Shown: positions 11,136 to 22,183, numbered from the whole stretch's first letter. The stretch is DNA of 64,000 bases, filler included, from Stramenopiles sp. TOSAG23-3 (GCA_900128585.1; 10 parts of 10 records of this genome joined end to end with filler, not necessarily neighbours in it), one strand, 5' to 3'. Translations and numbers: made by a program. Notes: generated by a model not told the origin, from the sequence alone.

Positions 11136-11274
11136 TCTGAGCCATTAAATAAACCGCACAGACACACACCTACCTCCTACGAAATATCATAATTTAAATT
11201 ATACTTATTTTCATACTGATCATATATAGGTGGGGGAAGGAAATTACATTATAGACTATGGTATAGGTACCAAC

Positions 11275-11400
11275 GAATCTAAACCGATACGAATGTTTGT
11301 CTAATTTACATAATATTTATACTTATATATATCTGAATACCTAAGAATCTAAACCGATACGAATGTTCGTCTAGTTTACATAATATTTATACTTATATAT
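11275..11400. repeat. Two-copy tandem repeat, 70-bp period
   Basis: GAATCTAAACCGATACGAATGTTyGTCTArTTTACATAATATTTATACTTATATAT at 11275 and 11345. Confidence 0.9.
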
Positions 11401-12009
11401 TTCCTATTTTATAAATAAAATCTCCTCCTTCCTTCCTTCCTTCCTTCCTTCCTTCCTTCCTTCCTTCCTCCTTCTTCTTCGTCGTCTTTTTTTCTTTTTT
11501 TTTTTAATAATTATTTTTTACAGTACAGTATTTAATAATTTTTTTTTCATTTTTTTTTTTTATATTTTTTTTCTTCCTTCCTCTTCTTTTTTTGGAAAAC
11601 GTTATTTTTTATAATAGGACACAACAGCGCGGAAAAGGAAATAATAAGAATATTTATTAATAATAATAATAACGACCAACTCAACATTGATTCTCTTCTT
11701 CTTCTTCTTTCTCTATAATAAATAACAACCGTATAGAGGTGTGTAGTAGGTAAGTTTAAAATAAAAAAATTATTTTTATTATTATTATTAATTATTTATT
11801 TTATTATTATTTATACAAAAACAGAGAGGAGAGAGAGAGTTTGAAAATGTCTATGTATGTATGTGTGTGAGCCCCTTTCTTTAATTTAAAGTATACAAAT
11901 GTATAAAATAGAGGAATAAGAATCCCATGTTTTAGGTTCGATCAATTATATTTTTATCACATTTCAACGCAGAGTTCAATTTTTATTATCATCGTTTACG
12001 AATACTATT

Positions 12010-14199
12010 ATGACCGAGTTTGTTTCCACAAGGGTAGGGGTGAAGTTCTCGCCACCGACCCTCGGCGTTGAATACAAGAACAAGTCTAGCGGGGAGAAGG
12101 ACGCACTCAAAGTGGTGCTCACGGAGGAATTGAAAAACCTCGGAACGGACGGAGCAGAGGCGAATGCAAGGCGAATTTTGAAAGGGCTAGGGGCGAAGCA
12201 CGCTAACATTATCAACGAAGGGGTGGTCAATATGGACCAGGTCCTGAGGCTCATCACGGTGCTCGTGGAGAAAGTCCCCGCCGCACCGAAGGCGTCCCTG
12301 CCGGCCCCCCCGCCAGCTGCTGCCTCCCCACTCGTCATTAAAGTCGGTGGGACTTTAAAGGCGAAAATGGGAAACTGGAGAACAGCGTACAGTGGTACTG
12401 TCCAGGCCATCAACGACGACGGGACCTTCAAAGTCAAGTTTGAAGACGGTGAAGTCGTGAAGAACCTTGAAAAGAAATGGATTGTTGGCGGTGAGAACGC
12501 GACGGTGGAACAGCCGGCCAAAGCCGCGGCGCCAGAGGAGCAGCCGCACCTGGTCATCAAAGTCGGCGGGACGTTGAAAGCAAAGCTGAGCAACTGGAGG
12601 ACCGCGTACAGTGGCACCGTTCAGGCATTTAACGACGACGGGACCTTCAAAGTCAAGTTCGAAGACGGGGAAGTCGTGAAGAACCTTGAAAAGAAATGGA
12701 TTGTTGGCGGAGAGAACGCGACGGTGGAACAGCCGACCAAAGCCTCGGCGCCAGCGCCTGCCGCGGGCACAGACGATGGCGTTGTGGTCCTCAAGGCGGG
12801 GGCGACGATAAAGGCAAAGCTTGGGAACTGGAAGAAGGCATACAGCGGAGAGATCATAAAGGTCAATGGGGACGGAACGTTTCACGTGCGATTCGAGGAC
12901 GGGGAAGAAATGAAGTACTTGCAGAAGAAGTGGATCCTTGGCGGGGACACCGCCAAGGTTGTCACTGGGGACGCCGCCGCATCCAACGGGGGATCGGCAT
13001 CGGCCGGGGACGAGTCGAACGTGCTGAAAGTCGGCAAGCAGATTAAAGCGAAGCTTCCAAATTGGAGCAAGCCGTATGGGGGGGAGATATTGGGGGTCAA
13101 CAAGGATGGGACAGTCCACGTAAAGTTTGAAGACGGCGACGAAATGAAGTACCTGCAGAAGAAGTGGATCGTAGGGGGCGACAAGATGGTCGTCCAGCAA
13201 GCCCAAGGGGCGGGCGCCGGGTACACCGCCCCAGACGGGAAGAAGTTTACCGACCGGGCCAAGTACCGTCAGTACCTCATGAAAACCCAGTTCACCTTCG
13301 AAAAGAAGACTGGGAAGCGCGGGGCTGACGCCCTGGTGAAGGCGCCCGGTTCCGTTAACGGGGAGCCCTTTGACATGATTGATCTAGACGATTGCGAGGC
13401 CGCCATGCTCGGGTGGGCGTCGCAAGTTCAGGTGGACCGTTGCAAGAACTCCAAGATCCTGGTTGGCCCCGTAGAGAGCAGCATATTTGTACGGGACTGC
13501 TCCGACTGCGAGTTCACGATCGCTTGTCGCCAGCTTCGCACACGCGACTGCACGAACTGTACGTTTCATCTGCTGAGCTGCACGGACCCGATCATAGAGC
13601 GTTCCACGGGGCTGACAATCACGCCGTACAACGGGTCGTGGCATGGCCAACGCTCCCACTTCGAGGCGGCAAAATTAGACCCCAACGACAACCATTGGCG
13701 GCTCGTGTTCGACTTTAACAAGAATGGCAAGGACAATTATGGCGTGCCCGACCCGCATTACGAGCTGAAAGAGGGCGACCCCGGGGAATGGCGCTTTGAC
13801 ATGCCTGGAACGTGCGGGGATATGCCGAACGAGAACCCTGTCCCCACGGACGCCGTCGCGACTTCCGTGTCGGAAGGGGGGCAGGGCCACGGGGGCGGTG
13901 CGGAGAGCATGATGAAGGAGATGATGAAGGAGAAGAGCGACGGCAACCAGCCCCCCGCCAAGAAACTCGCGCCCTGGACATGGGTCAAAGAGACTGACCG
14001 GAAAAGGGTCCAGAAAGACGCCATCTGCCGCGTTACCTTTAGTCGAACTGAGGGCCAGGCCGCGCGGAACTCTAGTTTTTATGAAGGTACAGTGCTGGCC
14101 GTCAATGACGACAAGACCTTCCACGTGAAGTACGAGGACGGGGACGAGGAGAAGGATGTGGCGTTGAAGTTCCTCCAGATCCGGCAGTGGGATGACTAG
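12010..14199 (+). CDS. CEP19-like N-terminus + 4 Tudor-like repeats + TBCC/RP2 (XRP2-like) domain + C-terminal Tudor-like domain
   Basis: RVGVKFSPPTLGVEY N-terminus; repeats YSGTV...DDGTFKVKFEDGE; QVQVDRCKNSKILVGPVESSIFVRDC..IACRQLRTRDC..PIIE TBCC signature. Confidence 0.85.
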   Translation: MTEFVSTRVGVKFSPPTLGVEYKNKSSGEKDALKVVLTEELKNLGTDGAEANARRILKGLGAKHANIINEGVVNMDQVLRLITVLVEKVPAAPKASLPAPPPAAASPLVIKVGGTLKAKMGNWRTAYSGTVQAINDDGTFKVKFEDGEVVKNLEKKWIVGGENATVEQPAKAAAPEEQPHLVIKVGGTLKAKLSNWRTAYSGTVQAFNDDGTFKVKFEDGEVVKNLEKKWIVGGENATVEQPTKASAPAPAAGTDDGVVVLKAGATIKAKLGNWKKAYSGEIIKVNGDGTFHVRFEDGEEMKYLQKKWILGGDTAKVVTGDAAASNGGSASAGDESNVLKVGKQIKAKLPNWSKPYGGEILGVNKDGTVHVKFEDGDEMKYLQKKWIVGGDKMVVQQAQGAGAGYTAPDGKKFTDRAKYRQYLMKTQFTFEKKTGKRGADALVKAPGSVNGEPFDMIDLDDCEAAMLGWASQVQVDRCKNSKILVGPVESSIFVRDCSDCEFTIACRQLRTRDCTNCTFHLLSCTDPIIERSTGLTITPYNGSWHGQRSHFEAAKLDPNDNHWRLVFDFNKNGKDNYGVPDPHYELKEGDPGEWRFDMPGTCGDMPNENPVPTDAVATSVSEGGQGHGGGAESMMKEMMKEKSDGNQPPAKKLAPWTWVKETDRKRVQKDAICRVTFSRTEGQAARNSSFYEGTVLAVNDDKTFHVKYEDGDEEKDVALKFLQIRQWDD

Positions 14200-14508
14200 A
14201 ACGCGAGTTTTTAGAGCACAGGGCGGAGAGGCAACGCCAACGGTTTGGAATACCGTGCCGTCCTGGCCTGCGGCTTCTGCTGGAATGGCATCGACCCCAG
14301 GAATGGCGCGCGGGTGTTCGGCTGCGGGCGCGCATTTGTACCGTCCTCGAACACGTTAACATTCTAACGGAGTAAAATGTGACGAACTCTAAGCATATAT
14401 TTGAAGAGGTTAACTCTTTTGTTTAAAAAAAGAACACTTTTTAACTCTGTAAAGACGACAACGGACACCTCACTCTCTCTCTCTGGCTATGCAAACGGAT
14501 CCTTCACT

Positions 14509-15168
14509 CTACCGATTCTTGCCCTTGGACCGGCTCCTCATCCTATTCATGGCCGCCGCATTTTGCAAGGCCGCGTCAACGTCTACACTATATGCTTGAA
14601 GAAACCTCTCAAAGCTCCTTACATTGTTCGTTATGAGCCGTTTGTATTCGTCGTACGTGATATAGTCCGCGTGCTCCGTGGCCGCCTGATCGAAGGTGGC
14701 GTTCACAATGCACTCAATGTGTTCATCTTCTACCGCAATTTCCCGGGACTCCATGACGTCGCGGAGTGCCCCGCTGAGCTCTTCCCGGGATATTCTGTTG
14801 TCTTGGTCTTCGTCGTACACCTGGAACGAAAACTTTAGTTTTTCCTCGATCAGGTCGTCCCGCTGTTCCTCTGGCACTTCCTTTATTGACACCAGGGTCG
14901 ACACGCTCTTGACGAACTCTCTAAAGTTGATTCGCATATCGCCATCGCCGTCGACTAATTGAAAGATTCGCCGACAAAATGTCAAACTGTTAAATCCTAT
15001 GGCCAGTTGAAACTCTTCTGGGTCAATAATACCGTCGTCTTTGACCGAGGCGCTGATGTACTTGAACGCCCCGTGCATGCGTTGGACGGTCCCTGCGTCG
15101 AAGTAGGTTTCTTCGCACAATGCAAGCACTTCCTTTTTCGGCAACGGCTTTGTATTTTTTCCACCCAT
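14509..15168 (-). CDS. Calcineurin B-like (CBL-type) EF-hand calcium sensor, probably N-myristoylated
   Basis: MGGKNTK start; extended EF1 SASVKDDGIIDPEEF; DGDGDMRINFREF; KLKFSFQVYDEDQDNRISREE. Confidence 0.88.
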   Translation of the reverse strand: MGGKNTKPLPKKEVLALCEETYFDAGTVQRMHGAFKYISASVKDDGIIDPEEFQLAIGFNSLTFCRRIFQLVDGDGDMRINFREFVKSVSTLVSIKEVPEEQRDDLIEEKLKFSFQVYDEDQDNRISREELSGALRDVMESREIAVEDEHIECIVNATFDQAATEHADYITYDEYKRLITNNVRSFERFLQAYSVDVDAALQNAAAMNRMRSRSKGKNR

Positions 15169-17018
15169 CGCTCTAGGTTTGTCGGGAAAGAAGGGATCAA
15201 CAACCAACCAACCAAAACGTCGACAAGAACCTTCACACACACACACGCACGACGGTCACAATATCTCAAAGCCCGTTCACTTAAACACACACACAAGGCA
15301 GACTAGACGTATACGTGTATACAAACCCAATCCAAAACAGAAAATTTAAAATATCGTTCAATCCAATAAGTTCCGTCCGTTCGCTCAGTTTATACTTCTT
15401 TTCATCGTTTGGTTTAACTTTCACATTAAAATATATTTCCCATTCATTAATTCATTTGTTAGTTAGTTATTTTATTATCATGAATAATAATTAATAATAA
15501 TAATCCAACAACAACAAACAAAAAAAAAGGAAGAAGAATATAAAAAGGAACAAAACCTTCTTTGTTGTCGTCTTCCTTTGTGTGTGGTATTGATAATTAA
15601 AACGAATGCAATTTTTACATTTTAAAAGTACGTAGTTGTGTGTGTGATCATCAAAGAGATAAGAGATTGCAATGTTCATTTACTTCGTTTTGCTGTCCAT
15701 TGCTATATTGCTGACATTGCCTTTGCTCCCCCTTCTTCTTCTTCTTCTTCTTCTTCTTCTTCTTCTTTGTGGGATTTTTAAATATTTTCATTGTATTATA
15801 TAAATACTAAATAGCATCAGTTGAATCTAGAAGAGGTTTAGCAAAAATTACACTATCTTTTTCATTATGTATTTATATAATAGATTCCCTATACTCTATT
15901 TCCTATATAACAATTCGGTATTTATTACCCAGTTGTATTATATCCACAGCATACAGCATCATGAAAGAAAGTTAACCCTAACTTTAGAACAGATTGAAGA
16001 AGAATTAAGGTATTATTATATAAATTTAATTAAAAAATATTATTTGACTATACTATAATAGTAGAAAACAAAATATGCATTTTTCTGAATATAAAATCCT
16101 AAAAATACGAAACATCCATTTTTAGAACTTCTACAATAAAATTTAAATAGAAACACACCATTGAACCAGTCAAATTAAATGAAAAAATACCAAAAATAGA
16201 AATTGCAAATTTGTGGAAGAAATTTTAATACAAGAAGTTAGTATACTAATAACTAACGCCAATAGCTATTTAATTGGATCGATGGAAAGCCGGCCTTATA
16301 TTACATAGCTTTAGAGCTTAGAGCTTAGGGCACGAGGAGATGATGTCCTTTTTATTTAAACTATATAGAAACCGACTTTGGTTGTATTTATATTTGTACT
16401 TCGTAATCATTAATTATTATATTCCTATCACAACAAGTACGGTAAAAATAGAATAAACTATAAGTAAAATGAAACAACACAGTTTAAATGTAAACTGAAT
16501 GCACCATCCACAATTACAACTAAAAACTATAACTATAAACTCCTCGTAGACTATTTTATAAACCCGCATCCCCACTTGTAATGTCATTGTAATACGAAGT
16601 ATAATTAAGTATAATTAATACATACCAGATGTAATAGGAGTATAATACTGGTATAAAAATTTAATTACACTGTACAACACAAGACGTTGTTCGCCGGGCT
16701 ATAACCAGATTGATCTTCTGGTGGGACAGGTGTAGAATTAGAAGATGGTGGTGGTTGGTGTGTTCAATGAGAGGATCGGAAGAAGGATAATAATTGATGT
16801 AGTGAATGAGGTCTCTCGTTCGTCTGTCTGGGGGTATTAATATTTAAATAGTTTTTGTCCACTAGAATAGAGAGAAAAAAGAAGCCATTATTTAATTTTG
16901 GAACGGTCGAGAGAAAGAGAAATTTGTACATATTCTTGTGCACAATTTTTGGAAGGAACAGTGCGTATAGCCAGTCGTCCCGTGTTGTATTTTACTGCTG
17001 TTGCGTTTTTGCGAACAA

Positions 17019-18668
17019 ATGGAGACAGGAACTGCCGAATGTGGTAGTCTAGAATCGGGGGCTGTGCGTACTCCGGGGGAACCCTCGGTTACTCCGGTGC
17101 GAGCCTCTTCCGATGCTGGTGTAATAGAGGACAAACTGTTCACGGTCATAGATAAACTGGTACATACGTTAGAACCATACCCGGAGACTCCCCCAACAGA
17201 AAATGTGACCGGCACGAGGGCGAGTGATATTGAATTCACCCCGCCCCCCGTCCCGCCAGTGCAGTCCCCGTTTCAAAAGCTGCATTCGGCCAGCCTGGGG
17301 TTTCTGGAAAAAAGGGACAACGACGGGGCAGAAACGGTGCTTGATGTCCTCCTAATGAACGCCGGTGCTTCAGACCTTCCTAAGGAGACACCAGAATCCC
17401 AGAAATTGCCAGAAACGGAAAAGGTGTCTTTACAACCTTCAATTCAAATTGACGGGGCCAACACCGTCGTCCCCGAGGCGAAGAGGCCTCCACTCTTTCC
17501 CCTCAAGACCCTTCCTCAGGTTTCACAATGGACGACGAAAAGGGGGGGCGGGTTGCACCTTTTAGATGCCAGCTTGAGGGGGATCGGACAGGTATTTTTC
17601 TGTAATTCTCCAGTGTCTGGGATCGGACAGGTATTTTTCTGTAATTCTCCAGTGTCTGGGGGCATGTTTCTCTTAGCTGTCTTAGTGAGTGACCCTAAGA
17701 TGGCGGCGCTTCTCGTTCTTGCCGTTGCTTCCGCTACTGCTTTCGCCAAAGCAATGGGCTTTGACTCCGGCCTACTTGCCGCCGGGATTTGGGGCTACAA
17801 CAGTGCTCTTTTGGGTTGCGCGTTAAGTGTTTTCAGTTGGGGCAACAATTATCCTCCAGAGGCGGAACTGCTGTCAACCGTTTTCTTGTTGGGACTTGGT
17901 GTAATTGGGGGGGCGTGCATGACGGTGATTGTCACCGGTGCCGTGGCGCGACTTCTAGTGCCACAGGGCATCACCCCACTAACGTTCCCGTTCCAGCTAG
18001 TGGCTTGGATGTGGCTTCTTGGAGCGCAGCAGTGGGGTCACGTGACGGCCCGATTCTCGCCGCGTCCGTCGCTTCAAATAAATATGAACACAACCGCTGC
18101 TGTAAATGGGACGGCTGCTGTAGAATATAGCGTGCCGACGCCATTCCAAGTCCAAGTTTACGACCCTGCACGCATCTTGTTGGCAGCTTTCAGTGGGATT
18201 GCGCAAACTTTCCTTGTTCCACAATGGTATTGCGGCCTCATTATGCTACTTGGCATCGGCTTGTGCTCTATGATTTCTGCCGTTTGGGCACTTGTCGGAT
18301 CGTTGGTAGGTTGCATCGTTGCGATGGGACTGGGAGTGAGCCCCGATGACATATACTTGGGGCTCCACGGGTACAACTCCTGCCTTGTCGGCATGGCGCT
18401 TGGTGGATTTTTTCTGGTGCAGCGCGGCTGCAAGATAAACGTAGTTGCGGTTATGGGTATAATTGCAGCGGAAGTGATGACAACAGCCACAAGCTCTGCG
18501 TTCTCCCCCGTGGGTTTGCCAGCTTTGACATGGCCCTTTACGGTTATTACATGGTTAATTATTCTTGCAACGGCAGGCCTCCCCGATATTGTCCCAGTGG
18601 CCATAAGCTCTCTCACCACGGCAGAGGACCATCGAAAAATTAAAAACAAAAAACTGGCTACTATTTAA
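17019..18668 (+). CDS. Urea transporter (UT/SLC14 family)
   Basis: LRGIGQVFFCNSPVSG, GIWGYNSAL, LTFPF, GIAQTF, GLHGYNSCL and LTWPF repeated UT motifs. Confidence 0.92.
   Translation: METGTAECGSLESGAVRTPGEPSVTPVRASSDAGVIEDKLFTVIDKLVHTLEPYPETPPTENVTGTRASDIEFTPPPVPPVQSPFQKLHSASLGFLEKRDNDGAETVLDVLLMNAGASDLPKETPESQKLPETEKVSLQPSIQIDGANTVVPEAKRPPLFPLKTLPQVSQWTTKRGGGLHLLDASLRGIGQVFFCNSPVSGIGQVFFCNSPVSGGMFLLAVLVSDPKMAALLVLAVASATAFAKAMGFDSGLLAAGIWGYNSALLGCALSVFSWGNNYPPEAELLSTVFLLGLGVIGGACMTVIVTGAVARLLVPQGITPLTFPFQLVAWMWLLGAQQWGHVTARFSPRPSLQINMNTTAAVNGTAAVEYSVPTPFQVQVYDPARILLAAFSGIAQTFLVPQWYCGLIMLLGIGLCSMISAVWALVGSLVGCIVAMGLGVSPDDIYLGLHGYNSCLVGMALGGFFLVQRGCKINVVAVMGIIAAEVMTTATSSAFSPVGLPALTWPFTVITWLIILATAGLPDIVPVAISSLTTAEDHRKIKNKKLATI
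17580..17657 (+). repeat. Exact 39-nt tandem duplication within the urea transporter CDS
   Basis: GGGATCGGACAGGTATTTTTCTGTAATTCTCCAGTGTCT x2. Confidence 0.95.
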
Positions 18669-18703
18669 AGTAACGTAATTAAAATTCAAATGTATTGCGA
18701 ACT
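18644..18703 (+). repeat. Dispersed 3'-end element, diverged copy overlapping the urea transporter stop
   Basis: AAACAAAAAACTGGCTACTATTTAAAGTAACGTAATTAAAATTCAAATGTATTGCGAACT aligns with the copy at 63884. Confidence 0.7.
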
Positions 18704-19139
18704 CATATAGGAAATGCGAATTAGTATACATATAGTACAAAACTGTTGAGGCATTTGGCGTGCCTCTTCGTCGCTCGTCGTCGTAGAAGAAAGAAAGAAG
18801 GTATATATAATAATGATGATGATGATTTTTTTATTTTTTTTTTTAAATAATAATAATAAAAAAATGCGAGAGATGTGATATGATGTGTGATGATACCTGG
18901 TATAATAATAAAAAAAATAATAAATATAAATAATAATAAATAATAAAAAATAATATATTTTTCCAATGTTAAAATTTCCAAATCACCACATGTTAGTATT
19001 AAGAATTAAAAGGTTTTCCAATTTATTGATTCATTACAAACGATAAGAAAAGTAAAATAAAACATACACTTGAGTTTTTCCTCTCTTTTGTTTGTTATTT
19101 TAATTGTTTTTGTTCCGATTTCTGTTCTTTCGAGGCACG

Positions 19140-20057
19140 ATGCCCAACATGGCAATAATGACGTTCACGGAGCAACTGACTGAAGTATCGAAATGGTGCT
19201 TGCTCATGCTGGTTGCTCTTGCGATATTTGACGTTTTGTTTGCCCGCAAGTTTCAGGGAAGATACTTTATCCTCCATGTGATTGCGAACTCGGCGATTAC
19301 GTACCATTGCATACCGGAGTTTTTGGACTTTTTAACGGACCCTGTGGCCGCCGTGGTGTCTCGAGAGGGCAGCCTGGTGCCGCTCGGGTTTGTGTTTGCC
19401 ATTCACTTCTACCACATGATGCCGTTCCTAGGCTTCAAGCTGTACTACGTGGACTGGCTGCACCACATTTTGATGGTCGTTATCGCGTGCCCACTTTTAA
19501 TGTTTACAGGATCAGGCAAGACGATGAACTTTACGTTCCTCTTTATCTGCGGCATCCCAGGCGGACTGGACTACTTGATGCTGGTGCTGGTGAAAGAAAA
19601 AGTCATGAAGCCGTTGACGGAGAAACGGTACAACAACATTCTTCAGATCTGGATGCGGGCCCCATTCATTAACATCTCAGTATGGCTGCTGATCATGCAA
19701 ACGTTTGAGCACCGTAAAGATGAATATGGACTCAACACGTTCCAAATCCTCTGCAGGGTTTTTTGCGGCGGTATAACGTACTGGAATTGCAACTATTTCA
19801 TGGAACGGGTTTGTGGGAATTACTACGTCACGGCCCGCAAGCTGCGGGATACCATGAAAGAGAACAAAGGCAAAGAGAAAAAAGACAGGGTGGAGATCGA
19901 ATCCTACGCAAACCCGGAAGATCTGCGAAAAAAAGTCCTCGACGACGACGTGGACCAGCACCCCATCCCGGACTCGATGCAAGTGCCCGGTCACGCGCGC
20001 AACGTCCGCTTCGGGGCGCTCAGCAAGGTCTGGGAGTTCATACGTGTTGGAAGCTAG
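19140..20057 (+). CDS. TLC-domain-like multi-pass membrane protein
   Basis: Hydrophobic helices; HFYH, DWLHH, FICGIPGGLDYLMLVLVK and IWMRAP; paralogue at 46142. Confidence 0.75.
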   Translation: MPNMAIMTFTEQLTEVSKWCLLMLVALAIFDVLFARKFQGRYFILHVIANSAITYHCIPEFLDFLTDPVAAVVSREGSLVPLGFVFAIHFYHMMPFLGFKLYYVDWLHHILMVVIACPLLMFTGSGKTMNFTFLFICGIPGGLDYLMLVLVKEKVMKPLTEKRYNNILQIWMRAPFINISVWLLIMQTFEHRKDEYGLNTFQILCRVFCGGITYWNCNYFMERVCGNYYVTARKLRDTMKENKGKEKKDRVEIESYANPEDLRKKVLDDDVDQHPIPDSMQVPGHARNVRFGALSKVWEFIRVGS

Positions 20058-20323
20058 CTGGGGTGGACGGAGAAAAGCACCGTTTTCAATCGCTTTGTGC
20101 AAGGGTGCTTCCTAACTCGATGGTGTGAACCTTTGTCATCATATCGGCCACGTACCCGCAGCTAAATCAGACCTTTTTAGTTGAGTGAGGGTAAAACCTA
20201 AAACCAACAACAAAAATATGACATACATGTTCATAAAAATTCTTTTTGAACTACTCTTACGCTCACACTGTCACTCCCTCACCGGTATTCTTCTTACCTT
20301 CGAAATGTATTAAATTGTACAAT

Positions 20324-20354
<31 letters not shown>

Positions 20355-20388
20355 CTTGGCTCCGACCATCTCGGCCTCCTTTTCTGCA

Positions 20389-21213
20389 TCACCTGAATTG
20401 AAATTTTAAATGTTTTTTCCATTTGCGAAATAATTTCTCTTCGTCCCCGAGGCCACTCCTATTTTTTTCAAAACAGAAGAAGGCCAGTTTTATTGTAGTT
20501 TTGTGTTCCCTCAGGACAAACCCGGTCTCGCTCATGAAAGCCTCCCCGAATTTTTCGCAGGTTTGAAACAGACTTTTTCGCAAACACAGCAGGGGCAAGA
20601 TCAAGAAAAATGCTCCGTTTGGCGTCAAGTGCTGGTGCGTGTGCAAAATCATTTTTAAGCGTTGGGCGGGCGTCGGCACGCAGTTGATCACCATCGCAGA
20701 TACCACTACGTCAAATTCCATCCGTGGCAGAACGTCAAAAAAGTCTTTCTGCTCGATGCGCGGAGAACGACTGTTCAAGTCTATCGCATACGTGTCCAGA
20801 AACATGCAGTCCAACAAGTGTGTATTTATAGCCCCGACCTCGAACAACTTCAGCTTCTCTTCGCCACTCTTAGGCCTGCGGCCCATGCGAGTTAAAACGG
20901 AACAGACCCACTTACTCGTGCGGAAAAAAGTGGTGGAAACCTTTGAGGCGTCTTGGTAACGTTTCCGTCCCCCCATATCGGTCAGTTCCCTCTCGAGTTC
21001 GGCAATGCGTTTGTTAACTTTTGCCTTGTTGTACTCCTTACCCTCTTTCCCGCTTTCTTTCACCTTGCTCAACGATTCCAATTCGTGAGTAATTTCATGA
21101 AATTTTGAGGTAACTAGACGTGCCACACGTCTTGATTTTATGGGAGGAGGAGCAAGCAACGGTGCCGCTCTCCGTCTCTTCTTCTTCTTTTTATCCTTTG
21201 AGCTCACCGCCAT
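20389..21213 (-). CDS. BMT2: 25S rRNA adenine-N1 methyltransferase, BMT2-like
   Basis: MGGRKRYQDAS, TSKWV, LFEVGA, IDLNS...IEQKDF, VINCVPTPAQR and LILPLLC. Confidence 0.82.
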   Translation of the reverse strand: MAVSSKDKKKKKRRRAAPLLAPPPIKSRRVARLVTSKFHEITHELESLSKVKESGKEGKEYNKAKVNKRIAELERELTDMGGRKRYQDASKVSTTFFRTSKWVCSVLTRMGRRPKSGEEKLKLFEVGAINTHLLDCMFLDTYAIDLNSRSPRIEQKDFFDVLPRMEFDVVVSAMVINCVPTPAQRLKMILHTHQHLTPNGAFFLILPLLCLRKSLFQTCEKFGEAFMSETGFVLREHKTTIKLAFFCFEKNRSGLGDEEKLFRKWKKHLKFQFR

Positions 21214-22183
21214 ATTCACAAGTCCTTGAGTTGGACACACACACACAGAGCTTGCCACCCACCGCCCGAACGACCGAACAAACGAACAGACTTGCAGAAA
21301 CTAAACCCAAGCTGCTTTTGCAATGGGCAATAAATTCCTGAAACAAAATGAACTCTTTTCATTTCGACGCTTACCAATGGGTGGGGGATTTATTTAATAA
21401 AAGAGCTGCATTCGATGAAAAACATTCCATTAATAATAATATAATACCGATGATGATAATCCAATTTGTTGTTTTTTTTTTGTGTTTTTTTGTTGTTAGT
21501 TGTTGTTGTTTTCGTTTGTGTTGTTGTTCGTTGTTGTTATTATATGTTTTATACCAAATATATAGTTATGTGTTTTTTTTTCTTCTTCTTTCTTCTTGTT
21601 CTTCTTCTTGCAAGAAGGAGGCTCGCTCCTCTCTCCTCTCTTTTTTATTCTTCTATTGTATTCTATTGTTAATTCTATTATTATTATTATTCTATATTTT
21701 GATTGTTGATGTCATTATCAGTGTAAGGTATTTGATTTCAATTTGATTCCATTTGATCGCTTCACAAATATTATTATTAATTATTATATATATGATGATT
21801 AAGTACGAACTGATAAATATTAATACCCGATAGAAATACATCTACCTTAATGATTGAAGTATATATAATTATATTCTAATTATATTTCAACCTATCCAAT
21901 CTTATTTTTAAAGTTGTTTGCTATTGTGCTGTTATATTAATTACATCTGAAGGTGTGGTTTAGTGTCGAGACAATGGAAAAGGGGGGGGGGGGGGGGGGG
22001 GGGGGGNNNNNNNNNNNNNNNNNNNNNNNNNNNNNNNNNNNNNNNNNNNNTTAATTAATTAANNNNNNNNNNNNNNNNNNNNNNNNNNNNNNNNNNNNNN
22101 NNNNNNATTCGAAGCAACCCACAAGATGTAATTCAAAAACGAGGTGTAAGAATCAAAACATTAGTTTTTCCTGCTTGAATCCT

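Noticed and set aside
16310-16330. TTAGAGC TTAGAGC TTAGGG telomere-like run
   Set aside because: Too short and degenerate
20325-20354. Long poly-G tracts (also 21982-22006)
   Set aside because: Homopolymers of uncertain length, one at a contig end; may be sequencing artefacts
21348-21746. Hydrophobic ORFs in AT-rich spacers (also 15491, 18721, 45696, 48732)
   Set aside because: Translations of simple repeats
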